From the NCBI GenBank assembly GCA_010356995.1, contig ML996691.1:440174-504173 (forward strand): a stretch of DNA of 64,000 nucleotides. The letters run 5' to 3'. Position numbers and translations under genes: made by a program. The notes below the pieces were generated by a model, which worked only from the letters and a program-made list of their open reading frames with translations, was not told the DNA's origin and ran no database searches. This document shows, one piece after another, positions 24,591 to 36,516 of the stretch. Position 1 is the first letter of the stretch. Each line of letters starts with the position of its first letter. Source of the DNA: Trichodelitschia bisporula. Its lineage: Eukaryota.

Positions 24591-26056
24591 TCATGCCACA
24601 AAGCGGAGCTGCCGTGGACAATGAAGCGGTTAACGGAGAGGAGCAACCAGTGATGGATAGATCTTAACGCCAGAGCATATGTGATGCCGAGACGCAGTCT
24701 GCCTGGTCCCGTCGCGGGCTTCCCTTTCATCCTCGCGATACAGCAACTGATGGCACGGTGATGCGGCACGCTGCCTGGAGCAGTCAGCTCTATATTAAAT
24801 CGAAGTCTAGACACGCCTCTTCCTGCCAACCGTATCACGGTCACGGCACGAGAGTTGTATGGAGAGAATCAATGACTTTATGATGAAGAGAGAGGGAGCA
24901 AGAGCTCTGAGATCTAAATCGTTATTATGATGTGGACCCTGAGGTCTTGGCATCGCCTCACGCCATCGCTGACTGAGCTGCATGAGGCATACCGCCCATA
25001 CGGTAGGAACCCCATCGCAGATGGGGGTCAACACTTCCCACACGGAGAAACTCCTCCAGCATAGACTCCATGCTCGGCTAGCACACATGTTCGAATCCCC
25101 TGGGGAAGTACTAGAAAAACACAACATTTTTCTGAGATCCCTTCCTGCGTCCCGCCATATCACTACCGTAGTACGTACGGTAGTACACCCGTCCCGCCAT
25201 CCCTACACCCGCAAAGGCGGAATTACCCGCAAAGCTTGGCCTTTTGAGTGGTACCGTAGCTGAGGCAGCATAACAACAGCCATTGGTTGCTTGATACTTT
25301 AGTGTTGACCAGGGCTCCTCAGCCACATGCCATAAACGCACGAAGGGATACGGTAAGGCGTATCGTAGCTGTGGCGTACGGGGGAAGGCTTGGCGCCCCC
25401 TCTCCCCCGGTACCCCATCAAGATCTTACATCAAAACTTCAACAGGAGATGCACGTGTCAAAAGTTGAGGAGAGCAGGCGTTATTAATATCAATCGAATT
25501 GCCTCAATAAAATGGATCTTCTGACACCGGTCTTCGTGCCTTTTGAGATAAAATAGTGTCACCAAGTTTTGATAGGCTAAGGTTAAGGCTTGGCAGAGGT
25601 TGCTATCATTGGCACTTAAGCTGTTGCCGACCTAGCTCCTCATTGGCCAGTCGCAGGGGTGTGCCCTATGCAAGGTGACTACAGTACGTTGAGAGGTGGT
25701 TCGGTACATCCGAGATATGCAGCAACTTGTGGTTGCTGGCTGCGGTGTGAGTGGGAAAGCACATCATGGTTTACACTTTCCCTCATACCGGTAGCATAGA
25801 GGCAGTAGCTAGAGTAGCTAACGGAGGAGATTGCTTCTGCATCTCCGCACCTTTGCTTCCACACATCTTCTCCCCGTTTCTCATTGCCTGTGCCGTTCCA
25901 CACAGTCAGTACTATCTTAAAAAATGTGGATGTTCTCCTAGTATTTCCCATCCCCCAGCATCTTCTCTGCTTGTCACTGAACTTGCATGAATCCTTTCCT
26001 GGAGCCATTTCTCAATTGTCTTCAACGCCAACATTACAAGACTGAGGCATACCAAT

Positions 26057-28164
26057 ATGTCTGATTACCCACCTGCTGACGCCGTTCCGATTCAGCTCAA
26101 TGGACAAGTCCAGGATCCTCGCGAAGAATACGCCCATGACGCGAAGAATACGGATTTCATCATCGTCTCTGCTTACAATATCCTCAGTCTCGCGCAAGGG
26201 GACGAGCTGGAGCGGCACTCTGTCAATATACTCGAAGATCTTGGGGATAATAATTTCCTCTGCGAGTATGTCCCGAGCGACCTCAAGCCCCTTCGCGCTT
26301 TGTATTTTGTACGGCAAGTTGATGTCTACCGCAACAAGTCCAAGATTCCTGCAGCCCTGTAGGCAGCGTCTCTGGAAGCATCAGACGCCACCAGCACTGT
26401 GATGACCACGGCCGCAGCGTCTCTGGAAACAGCAAACACCACCAACACTGTGGTGACCACGACCTCCAGCATAGCCGCGACTCCGCTGATGACCCATGCA
26501 GCCGATACGTTCCCTAATCATGACCGGCTAATGGTTGACATCTTCTCTCATGAGACTGTCGGCGACGAGGGGTTTGAAGCTCTCAAGGAAGTGATCTCAG
26601 ACGCATCAGGAGTCCGGGTGGACGACATGAAGTTTGCTCCTGGCCAAGTACGACTCTCTGTTGAGGTCGACAAACTTGTCGCATTGGCAAAGGACGACAG
26701 AATTCACGTCATCGAAGAGATTTTGGAGCCAGAATTGATGACTCTCGACAATGATGGGACCGGCCCCGTTACTCCCAGCATTACTGGCAAAGGTGACACT
26801 CTCTATCGCGGCAAAGATCAAATCGTCACCGTCACGGACACCGGTTTTGACCTTGGAAATCCAGACAACTGTCACCCGGCTTTCACTGGAAGAGTTTACT
26901 CCCTCCGGGCCGTTGCTCGTCAGGGTGAAACAGACGATCCTGATGGCCATGGAACCCATGTCAGTGGCATTCTTCTAGGAAGGCACTTCGACACTACTAA
27001 GGGGTTGGTCGGCGGTATCGCTCCGGAGGCTCATCTGATCGTCCGATCGTTGTTCAAAAAGGATGGACAACCTATCATTGTGCCGATGAGCTTACTAGAT
27101 CTGCTCACTGTTCCGTATGATTAGGGCTCTCGGGTTTTTTCAAACTCTTGGGGCGTCGGATTCGACAAAATGCAGCCTGCGTATGGGAACATTCCCGGGA
27201 ACATCGACACCTTCATACGCCAATATCCAGAAGCCGTCGTCTGTTTCTCAGCCGGAAATGATAATTTGAAAGCTGAAGGACAGCCGACAATTGGCCTCCT
27301 TTCAGGCGCCAAGAATGTTCTCACTGTTGGGGCTACGGGCAACCAGGATTCACCCGATCAGATGTATTGCAAGAGCAGTATGGGACCTACCCTCGAAAGG
27401 CGTCTCAAACCTGACGTCGTGGCCCCTGGCACGGATATATACGCCCTGTTATCTCGCCGAGTTGCCAGGTTCTTCGGCGACACAGCTACATCTCAAGATA
27501 TACCTGGTATCAAATGGCGCTCCTGGTCGGGAACGAGTCAGGCAACCCCTCTGGTCGCAGGCTGTGCAGCAGCTCTTCGAGGAGCCCTGCAAGAGCGAGG
27601 CTGTTACAATCCACCAGGTGCACTTCTGAGGCCATTATCATCAACGGCGCTGAAAGACTGCCTAACGTCAACATCAATGCCCAAGGTCACGGCCGGGTCA
27701 ATCTCGAAGCCTCCATTGCAATGATTGTTCGGGCCCCTGCGTGGAGCAGCGAGACCACGGTGGACACGCCCCTTCCAGCATCCTGCGGAACCTTGGTTGG
27801 CGATACGCTCAAGCAGGACGAAGAGTACGAGTTTGTGCTCTCGCCTGTGAATAGCACCGACTCGCATTCCCACTTCAAGATCACCATGGTCTATAACGAC
27901 ATTGGCCATCGGCCGATTCAGAACAACCTCAACCTTTTCGTGACTGACGTGACCACGGGCGAGGTGACTCCGGGCAATATGGGATCATTAATCGACCCTG
28001 ATCAGCAGAACAATGTGGAGTAGGTTGTCCTGAGTTATGTACCGAAAGGCGAGATGAAGGTCAGAGTACATGCGCAAAAGATCCTCGCCAAGCATGACCA
28101 GGACTACGTGCTCGCGTGGTCAGCATTCACACCACTGCCAGGTGCAGTATACCGAAGTCAATGA
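26057..28164 (+). pseudogene. Intronless subtilisin-like S8 peptidase (KP-43-like), disrupted
   Basis: Catalytic motifs VTVTDTGFD (Asp), DPDGHGTHV (His), FSNSWG, FSAGN (oxyanion Asn), KPDVVAPG, SGTSQATPLVAG (Ser); C-terminal ITMVYND..IQNNLNL..NNVE*V..QDYVLAW. In-frame TAGs at 26360, 27122, 28021; 1-nt deletion at ~27629 in ALL(K)AIIINGA. Confidence 0.9.
26363..26464 (+). repeat. 51-bp coding tandem duplication (17 aa x2) in the S8 prodomain region
   Basis: GCAGCGTCTCTGGAAGCATCAGACGCCACCAGCACTGTGATGACCACGGCC versus GCAGCGTCTCTGGAAACAGCAAACACCACCAACACTGTGGTGACCACGACC; 7 mismatches. Confidence 0.9.
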
Positions 28165-29277
28165 GGTGGTTTGCGTGATTGCATGTAGGGCGCGGTTGGA
28201 AGTAGATCGTCTCTAAGGCTTTGGGCCGAATACACCAATTTACTCTTCCGGGTTTCGTTCAGTGATTTCGGCCCGAAACCAGGTGTAGGAAGGATATGAC
28301 TTTACAGCTCACTGTTTCCCTCCAGCCGATTGAGATAATGTAGTTCGTTGGAAGGCATAAATGCTATGGAGAACTGAATGCACAAACTTTCGAGGGTAGC
28401 TTTAGAGGTAAAGCTGAGGCGGCTGTGATAGCCGATGGGTTTGAGTAACGCTGAGACTAATTAGAACAGACAGACCCCCAAACTCTGGCCTATGTCTCTC
28501 GTCCTTTTCCGCCTTTTCGGAGATCTTGGTTCTTGGTGGGCACTTTTATCCACACAACGATAAACAGACACACCCTTGTCCTGCGCCCAGTCAATGAAGC
28601 GCGAAGCACATTTGAAAAGCACATGAATCTCAAGCGACCCTACCGTACATGAAGGGACGCGCAAAACGCTCCAGAGCAACGCCCACAGAGACGCTCGCAG
28701 AGACGCCTCAAAAGGGCCGCTCGAGAAGGGACGCACACCCTTCGACGCTTACTCTTTACCACGTACGAAGTCTTCACATAGGAAGTTTTCAACAGTCCGC
28801 GAAGCGGGCGCCTCCTCCTAGTGTGGTCTAGACAAACCTTCAAGAATTGAAGCAGTGGTTGACCAGGGGCAAGGAAACCAAAGCCAGAGTTCATGGCCCA
28901 ACAAAAGGCGCTTCCCATGCAATGACAGCTATTTGACAACATTAGGCCCATACAGGAAGCTCGGCTTAAAAGGCCCCCAAGTTCATGAAAAATTTCCAGT
29001 TCATTCGATGAAATCCTGACAAACGCCTCCCGCTTTTAATCATGAGCGTGGCCTCCTTCCCATCGAACCTCATAGGACGAAATTCGGTCGTTAACATGAC
29101 CTCGACACCCGATTCACCGCCAGCATGCTTCGAACCGTTCATCGTGCAGCGCATTCTTCGCTTCTCCTGCCTTTGGATTCCAAATACATCATTCCCAGGT
29201 CCGCGCCCCGTCACAGACTGATATGAGCCTCTGTTCGTTAGTGACACCCGGATCGCCAGGCACCGGAGACAGTCGGA

Positions 29278-29295
29278 CCCCCCCCCCCCCCCCCC
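29278..29295. repeat. poly-C tract (C18)
   Basis: Direct reading. Confidence 0.95.
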
Positions 29296-29557
29296 ATATA
29301 AGTGTAGTTGGTGCAGGACGAGCAGGGTAAGTTGTGAAGCAAAAGCAAGCTCGATCCATGTCGTGGAATCAACTTTGCGGTAAGGACTGTCGGTGCCAGG
29401 TTGGTTACGGCTCGAACGGTGAGAGGTAGAGATGGGGAGGGGCGGAGCGTCGTCCACGCGGGGAAGTCCACTAAGGGCCAGTGGCGACATCCCTACTTTG
29501 CTCTGGGCAAAGCTGTCGACCTGAGCGGATCATCTCTGCAAAAACTGACCGCTGCCA

Positions 29558-30344
29558 TCATAGGATAACGCAGCCGCCGCTCCTCCTCGCCCCTCTCCTC
29601 CCCTCTGGCCTGTTACCCCGCGGATGCCGGGCGCCATGCGCGACGTGTCCACCATCAGAGGTGTGAGTGCCACGCCGGTCTGACGTTCTATAGATCTGTT
29701 GCTTTTGGCGCCGCAGCTGGCGAACGACATCGTAAAACGCCTTTTCAACATTGACGCAGTTCTTCGCTGAAGCTTCCACAAAATCGCAGCCAAGTTGACT
29801 CGCCAGCGCGGTTCCTTCTTGCGTGGAAACTTCGCGCTCAGTGACCCGGTCGCATTTATTACCAACAAGCATCACAGGCGCTGGCCCGTAGCTACCCGAG
29901 CCCGTAGACGTTGAACTGAGAGGCGACCCAGGAAACGAGGGCGAGCCGCCCTGCGACGACTCCTTCACACGCTGGATTTGCTTGTGGAACGTCTCAATGC
30001 GGTTGAAGGACGCACGAGACGAGACGCTGTAAACCAAAAGGAAGCCCTCTCCGTCGCGTATCCATTGGTCTCTCAGAGCAGTGTACTCCTCTTGCCCGGC
30101 AGTGTCCAAAACCTCAAGCATGCACGACTGGCCGTCGATCTGGACTTGTTTGCGATACGAGTCTTCAATCGTAGGATCGTAAGTCTCGACGAAGTGGTTT
30201 AGGCAGAGCTGCGAATCTTAGTCAGCTTTCGCGGTTTATCGACTCTAGGAGTACGTTTTAACTGACCTGGATGGTCAAAGCTGTCTTTCCAACACCACCG
30301 TCTCCCAACACCACCAGCTTGTAGAGTGTCATTTTGCCCGCCAT
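29558..30344 (-). CDS. RAS2: Ras2/RasB-type small GTPase
   Basis: MAGKMTLYKLVVLGDGGVGKTALTIQ|LCLNHFVETYDPTIEDSYRKQ, DTAGQEEY, LVGNKCD, EASAK, CAAX box GGCVIL*. Intron 30209-30266. Confidence 0.96.
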
Positions 30345-30891
30345 GCTGAAGTTTGGCGCCTCTCAGGTCTCGAGTTTAGGGTACAACGGCGGTATAGATA
30401 ACGCAACGACGACCGCAGCAACGCTCGACAAACGTGTGCTTGTTGGAGACCAGCCAAATTCTGAGCAGCTGACCAGCGACTAGGAACCGCGCACACCTGA
30501 CCAGCAAGTTGAGGCCTGACTGCGACAGGGTGCTGTGCACGTCGGAGATGTTCAACGAGGGTAGAGGACGTGGGTATATTGCAAGCACGTCAAGACTTGC
30601 CGATCAAAGCCGGGTGGTGGGTTGCTTTCCGGACGAGTTGCTGGAGTGGTGGATTGCGGAGGGCGGCAACGGGCCGGCTGGTTGAGGGGTTCGAACGGGT
30701 GATGCCTGGTTCGGGCAGCGATTGGATTGCCTCTTCCAACGATATGCGAGGCCAACGTATGAAGAAAGCGCGCAAAATCACCGGGAAGTAGGACAGACGA
30801 CGCTGTGTCCGGCACGAGCTCGCGGGGTGGGAAGTCGTAACAAAAATCAAGCCGCCCTTTTTTTTCTCTTCCTTCTTCCAAAACCGTTGAA

Positions 30892-30910
30892 GGGGGGGGG
30901 GGGGGGGGGG
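30892..30910. repeat. poly-G tract (G19)
   Basis: Direct reading. Confidence 0.95.
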
Positions 30911-33900
30911 CGCGAGCTAGATGTTTTGGTAGGTGGAAGAAATAGTGGAGAGAAAATGCAAGTTTGAAGGCAAAAAATCTCTTTGGAGTTTTCGTGGGGA
31001 CTCAGATTCCGGGGATAGGATGAAAGAGAAGGGGGGGTTGTGATGGGGGTAGCGGTTGAAAGACGAGGGTTTTGCGGAGGTGAAGAGTGGGAGGGCAGTC
31101 CGGGAGCTTTGGGTCCAGCGGAGGCCGGGGAGCTACTTAGCGCGGGTACCCAAGGAGCCAGTCTCCGAGAGGAGAGAGGGGAAGGGAAGAGGATGGGGTG
31201 GTTGGGGGAGGTGAGAAAACTGAAGGCTCGTTCAATGTGCACGGCCGGGGCGGAGGCGATGCAACGGTTCGCAGGAAGCGGTGATTTATGCAGGGAGGAA
31301 AGTGTACGCTAGTTCTAACGAGGGGAAGGTCTCTGGACAAAAAGAGTATAAGACTGTCTTCTTTGCCTCTGCGGTTCAAGCTGGTTGTTGACTTGCTCTC
31401 CTTCTTCGCTCCTCCACAATCCCTCAGACGTCCAGCAACGTTTCAAGACTCTTGAATTGGTGCGCCACAAAACACGTGGGGAGCACAACACAACACCATC
31501 ACACGTGAAGATGAAGCCGGAGGTGGTGGAGGAAGTTTGAAGGAGCTCTACGGAGGTACTACTGTACCCTACGTAGCAGAAGCTCGGGCAAGCGGTCCAA
31601 CGGAGACACGGCCAACGCAGCAGCGTCCCTTTGTGCCCTTTCTTTTTCCTCTAAAAGAGGTGGAGGTTTGATACTAGACAACGCGCCGCGACTGGTGCAG
31701 CGCTTGCAGGTTACAATTCCAGAGCATTATTATCAGCGCTCCGGGTAGTGGCGCGGGCAGGCGCTGCAAAGCATGAAGCCACACACCACGGGAGATACAA
31801 CCCTCCTTCTGTTGAAATGCCTCGACGGTCCAAGGTCGTAAAGACACAAGAATGGAATGGACAACGAGGTTGTCGGTGTGTGGGGGCGCAGCGCGGTGGC
31901 GGGACTAGCCACGTCTACGGTCCAGTGCTTGGAAAAAAAAAAGTAATTGAGCATCCGAAAGCATATCCACGCAAGATCAGACGAAGGAGCGGGCTTCCTT
32001 TTCTTCCTAAGATTCCCACATGAAGTCGGGTTAAGAACTACGAGCGACATTGCGCATCCATTGAAGGTTCGATAGGAACCCTTGCCTCAAGCAACGCGGA
32101 CGACATCACAGGAGAAAACCCTCACAAATCACAGCCATGAGGTCGGTAGTCAAGACGAGTTGGGCAGTGCCCGCAATTCTGATAATGTGCAATGGACTTC
32201 GTGGGTCAGAAAGGCCATACCGTACATACCGCCAATGGGCCGACGCCATCGGCGGGCCAAGCTACAATCAGATAGGTTAGAGAGATATGCGGTTGGCAAA
32301 TGATAATGCTGCGCTTCCGAATCCCGATGAAAGTGCCTACACCACTTGCTAGCTTTCCCTGGTCCGCCTCACAGGCTAGCCGCCATCGAAAAGCGTTGCC
32401 GTTTTGACCCGCATGAGTACTGTTGTCTAGTTTACGAGTGACTTCCTGCAAGCAGTTAGCAGAGGAGGATTTGAACCGGGTCCAGCTCCCGCATTCGCAT
32501 AAGCTCATCCTTTAGCGTCCTGGGACAGGCTACACAGAGATTGGAGGAAGGCGACCCTTCTTAAGAGGAGATAGCTCCTACGCATCTGTAGACCCAATGC
32601 CCAGGATAGCGGAACCTCCGGGTATCACGAACGATACCTTTCCCCGACTATAAGTGTTGGGGCTACGGTATGAGATGCGACATTGACAGATCCCAATCAT
32701 GCAGCTCCATACCGGCCCCGCCAGATTGACACTACATGCTGCTTAAACTGGAGTCATGTCTCGGCAAGATTCGTTTGTTCTGCTAATACCGATCCGCTAG
32801 CAGTAAGACTGCAAGCGGGTGATGGTGCTCCAGCAACACAGTGGGGGTCCCTTGAGGGGGGGATCCTATGCAAAGACAGGACATTGATGGAGGACTCCGG
32901 GTCTTGGATCGAATATCCGAGCCAGCTGGCAGGGGCATCAAGAACTAGAACTAAGCGGTTCAGATAAAAGAGGTGGGCTTCATGCAACCCCGCAAAGAGC
33001 ACATAGGCGACGTCTAGGAATATGTAATATCGTCGCAAAGCCAGTTCACGAGCCCCGCACTCCAGTTTCCGGAATCCGGGCCGCGGTGAGGTTTGTTCTT
33101 TACCTACGATTCGTCGAGCTGCGACGAAGCGTCAGCGTTGCAGGAAGGCTGACGGCCTATCGGAGTCGCTTGTTTGGTGTCTTACCATTGGACCGTCTGT
33201 CATAAATTCGATAGCAGGCTGTCGGCGGTTTCGGGGGGCCACGTCGGAGCAAAACGCTGCGGGGAAAATGTTACTCCACCCTCCGACGCGATAATCTGAG
33301 TGAGGCCGAAGTCGCAGAACCCCACGTCCCGATTTCCCATATCGGAAGCTCTCCACCAGGTCTGAAATAGCGTCAGAATACGGCAATATTGGCCTTTTCT
33401 ACTACCGTATTAGCAAAAAATACTGGCAGCTGGTTCAATTGCTCATCAGAAGCTGGCTTTGCTGGAGAAATTTCATCGTCAGTGAGGAGTTGGGCATATT
33501 CCAATCCCCCCGCAGTCACGATGTAGGTGATTCATGAGTGTGAGAGATTAATATCAGAATTCCAGACTCCCCCACAAACAGCAACGTCGTCGCTCGCACG
33601 ACTTTTTCAACGAGCCCGCAGCGGCCGTGCAACACGTGATATGTAGCGGGGGAAGATGCACCTCGAGAACTGACCGGATGTGCTCGATCAACCCGGCACG
33701 CGAGCCGGAACCAACCTTTGTCACCTTGCCCAGGATCCGCTCTCAACTCGATGACCTCTTTGGCAAAACAACGAGACGCCGTCTGCAGCACGTCTCCAGG
33801 ATGTATGCGGGCGATTGCCGTTGCAGATGAAATGATGCCCAAAGAACGAGGGTATAACCCGGCATGGCTTGCTGTCGTTTGCGGGGGGCATGCGACCGGG

Positions 33901-34326
33901 ACGACGAACTGCAGTTGATTTACGCTTCTCTCTTCCTCGGCTCATGCCGATAACCATGCGAGCTCTGCGCTCAATATGCTCTGTGGATCCGATGTCCGGC
34001 GCATATGCAGACTTGGCATGCCTGATGAGGTAGCAAGCGGACAACTGTTGTGGGGTATCTGCGGGGAAACCTAGACTTCTTGTCCAGCTGGGATAGGGTT
34101 ATTAGGATGGCAAAATTCATCGTGCTTCAGATGAGCACAAACTGCCGATGTCCAAGAGTCTAGGATATTTGATTACTGTCATCATTGACCACTGTCCGGG
34201 CAAGCGATGCTGCAGCGCGCGGTATGTGGGGCAAGGTGCTTGAAAATGACGGTAGCGCTGAGAATGCCAGTCTCTCGGGTCCGAAGCAACCCACCAGTAC
34301 ATACCTCGCGCCAGTAGATTCAGCTC

Positions 34327-36516
34327 TTACAGTTTTGCCCTTAGCTCCGTTGCTTTGTGAAGGTCCTTGCCCTTGCCTGAAAAATACTCCCTCACGCTTT
34401 CGCGCGCCGCATTGACAACCTCGGCGTCTTCAATGGTTGCCGGAACCTGCACCTCCTTGTCGAAATCCCCATGTACGGCATTCTCAACCAACTCTCTCAG
34501 TACCCGACGTAATGTTTTGCCACTGCGAGTCTTGGGGATGATCTTGTGCCCTTGAATCATACCTCCAAGACTTGCAATCGCCCCAATATCCTCACGAACC
34601 CGCTTCTGGACCTCGCTGAAGAGTTTGTCCGTTGGCGTATTCTTTTGCGTGTCGTGATGGACAGCTGGAGAGACAAAGGCGAAGGGCATATGTCCCTTGG
34701 TCTCGTCCGGAATTCCCACGACGCAACACTCGCCAACGCCCGGATGCGAGGCAATGGCTTGTTCGATAGCTCCGGTGCTGAATCTGTGGGCGGCAACGTT
34801 GATGACGTCGTCGGCACGAGACATGACATGAACATATCCGTCCAGGTCGATCATTCCAGCATCGCCTGTGTCAATCCATCTACCAGAGAAACGCTTCACG
34901 TAGCTCCTCCAGAATCTCTCTTCATCTCCCCACAGCGTTGTCATCCCAGTAGGTGCGAGTGGGATTCCGAGAACGATGTTTCCCATTGTTCCCGGCTCTA
35001 CCTCGTTCCCGTCATCATTTACAACCCTCACATCAAATCCCGGCATAGGCTTTCCTGCGGAACCGGGCTTTGTGGGGAGCGTTTGGAAAGGCTTGTCCTC
35101 TTCGGAAACCCATGCCGTGGTCGGTATGCGAGCCAGTCCCGTTATCGGAGATCCAGATTCCGAGCTCCACCAGTTGTCTACCACCTCGGCCCCTTTCGCG
35201 CAGTATTTCCCAAGCAGGCCCTGGTACATTTTGATGATGCTTGGCTCGCTGCGTTCTCCGGCAAGGAACAACGCCCTCAAACTCTTCAAGCCTCCACGCT
35301 TTCCAAATTCCTCGAAATAGTCGTTATCGGGATCATCTCGGCGAATCGCTCGAAGTGCGGTAGGGGCTGTGAACAGGGCGTTCACTTTGTACTCCTCAAT
35401 GATGCGCCAAAAGGTTCCGGCATTCGGCGTCCCTACTGGTTTCCCTTCGAAAAGTACCGTGGTCGCACCAGCCAGTAAGGGTGCATAGACGATGAAAGAA
35501 TGCCCAACAACCCAGCCGATATCAGACGCTGTGAATATGACGTCACCTGGGCCTTTGATGCCGAAGAGATACTTTATTGAGAGGTTCAGACCCACGGCAT
35601 GGCCACCGGCCTCTCGGAGAACGCCCTTTGGTGTTCCGGTTGTTCCTAACAATCAGGTTTCGCTTGCGCAGAGTGGAACCTCACTTACCGCTTGTATAGA
35701 TTATGTATACTCCATCGTTGCTCCGAACCGGTACGGCGTCGGCCTTGAGTCCTCGGTTTCTGGCGCTTTTGACCAATCGTTGCCAGTTTCTCTCGCCGTT
35801 CTCTTTGATGACAGGATCCCATCGCAGTTGATCACGCTGCCATACGATGACCTTTTGTGGCTCGTCGGAGCACTTCGCGATTGCTCCTCTGATGAGTTCC
35901 TTGTATGATATAGGGCCCTTGTTGCCTTCGATGCCACATGACGCGGTCATGATCGCTCTTGGTTTCGACGCGTCGATTCGCTGAGCTAGTGAAGGTGCCG
36001 AAAACCCGCCGAAAACAACTGCGTGGATGGCTCCGATTCGGTTGATTGCCAGCATAGCGAATAAAGCGGCCGGTATCATTGGCACTGTGCGCTCATGTTG
36101 GTTCTGGGAGCTTGGTATAGTTCTCGGGACGTACTGTATATGAGGATGACATCTCCCTTTCTGACGCCTTCTTCACAGAGAACTCCAGCCAGAGTCTCCA
36201 CCTCCGTCAGAAGCTCGCGGTACGTGAAAGTTGCCTTGCTTCCCGACACGGGACTGTCCCAAATAATGGCCACATTATCGCCGTTTCCAGCATCCACATG
36301 TCGGTCAACGCAGTTGTAGCAGGTCGAAATTTGACCGTCCGGGAACCAGGTCCAATGTTGATATGAAGCTCCACTAGGTGACTTCTTCGCTGCGGTCCTT
36401 AGCGCACGCGAGGGTTTTTGGTGCCAGTGCAATTGATCTGCTTGTGATCTCCAAAAGGCTTCGGGGTCATTTAGAGACTGTGAAAGAGCTTCGTCCTGGT
36501 GATGCGTTCGCGCCAT
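34327..36516 (-). CDS. Short-chain acyl-CoA synthetase, propionyl-CoA synthetase (PrpE/ACSS3)-like, with PTS1
   Basis: WFPDGQISTCYNCVDRHV, IHAVVFGGF, IYTSGTTGTPKGV, SDIGWVVGHS, DNWWSSESG, DTGDAG, SRADDVINVAAHR, IPKTRSGKTLRR; C-terminus -AKL*. Introns 36085-36134 and 35646-35688. Confidence 0.9.

Noticed and set aside
26057..28164. TAG-to-Gln alternative genetic code or programmed readthrough rescuing the S8 gene
   Set aside because: TAG is the normal stop of OST1, H3, H4 and others in this window, and a frameshift is also present.
32465..32500. GGTTCAAATCC on the minus strand resembling a tRNA T-loop
   Set aside because: Flanks do not form a T-stem, acceptor stem or D-arm.
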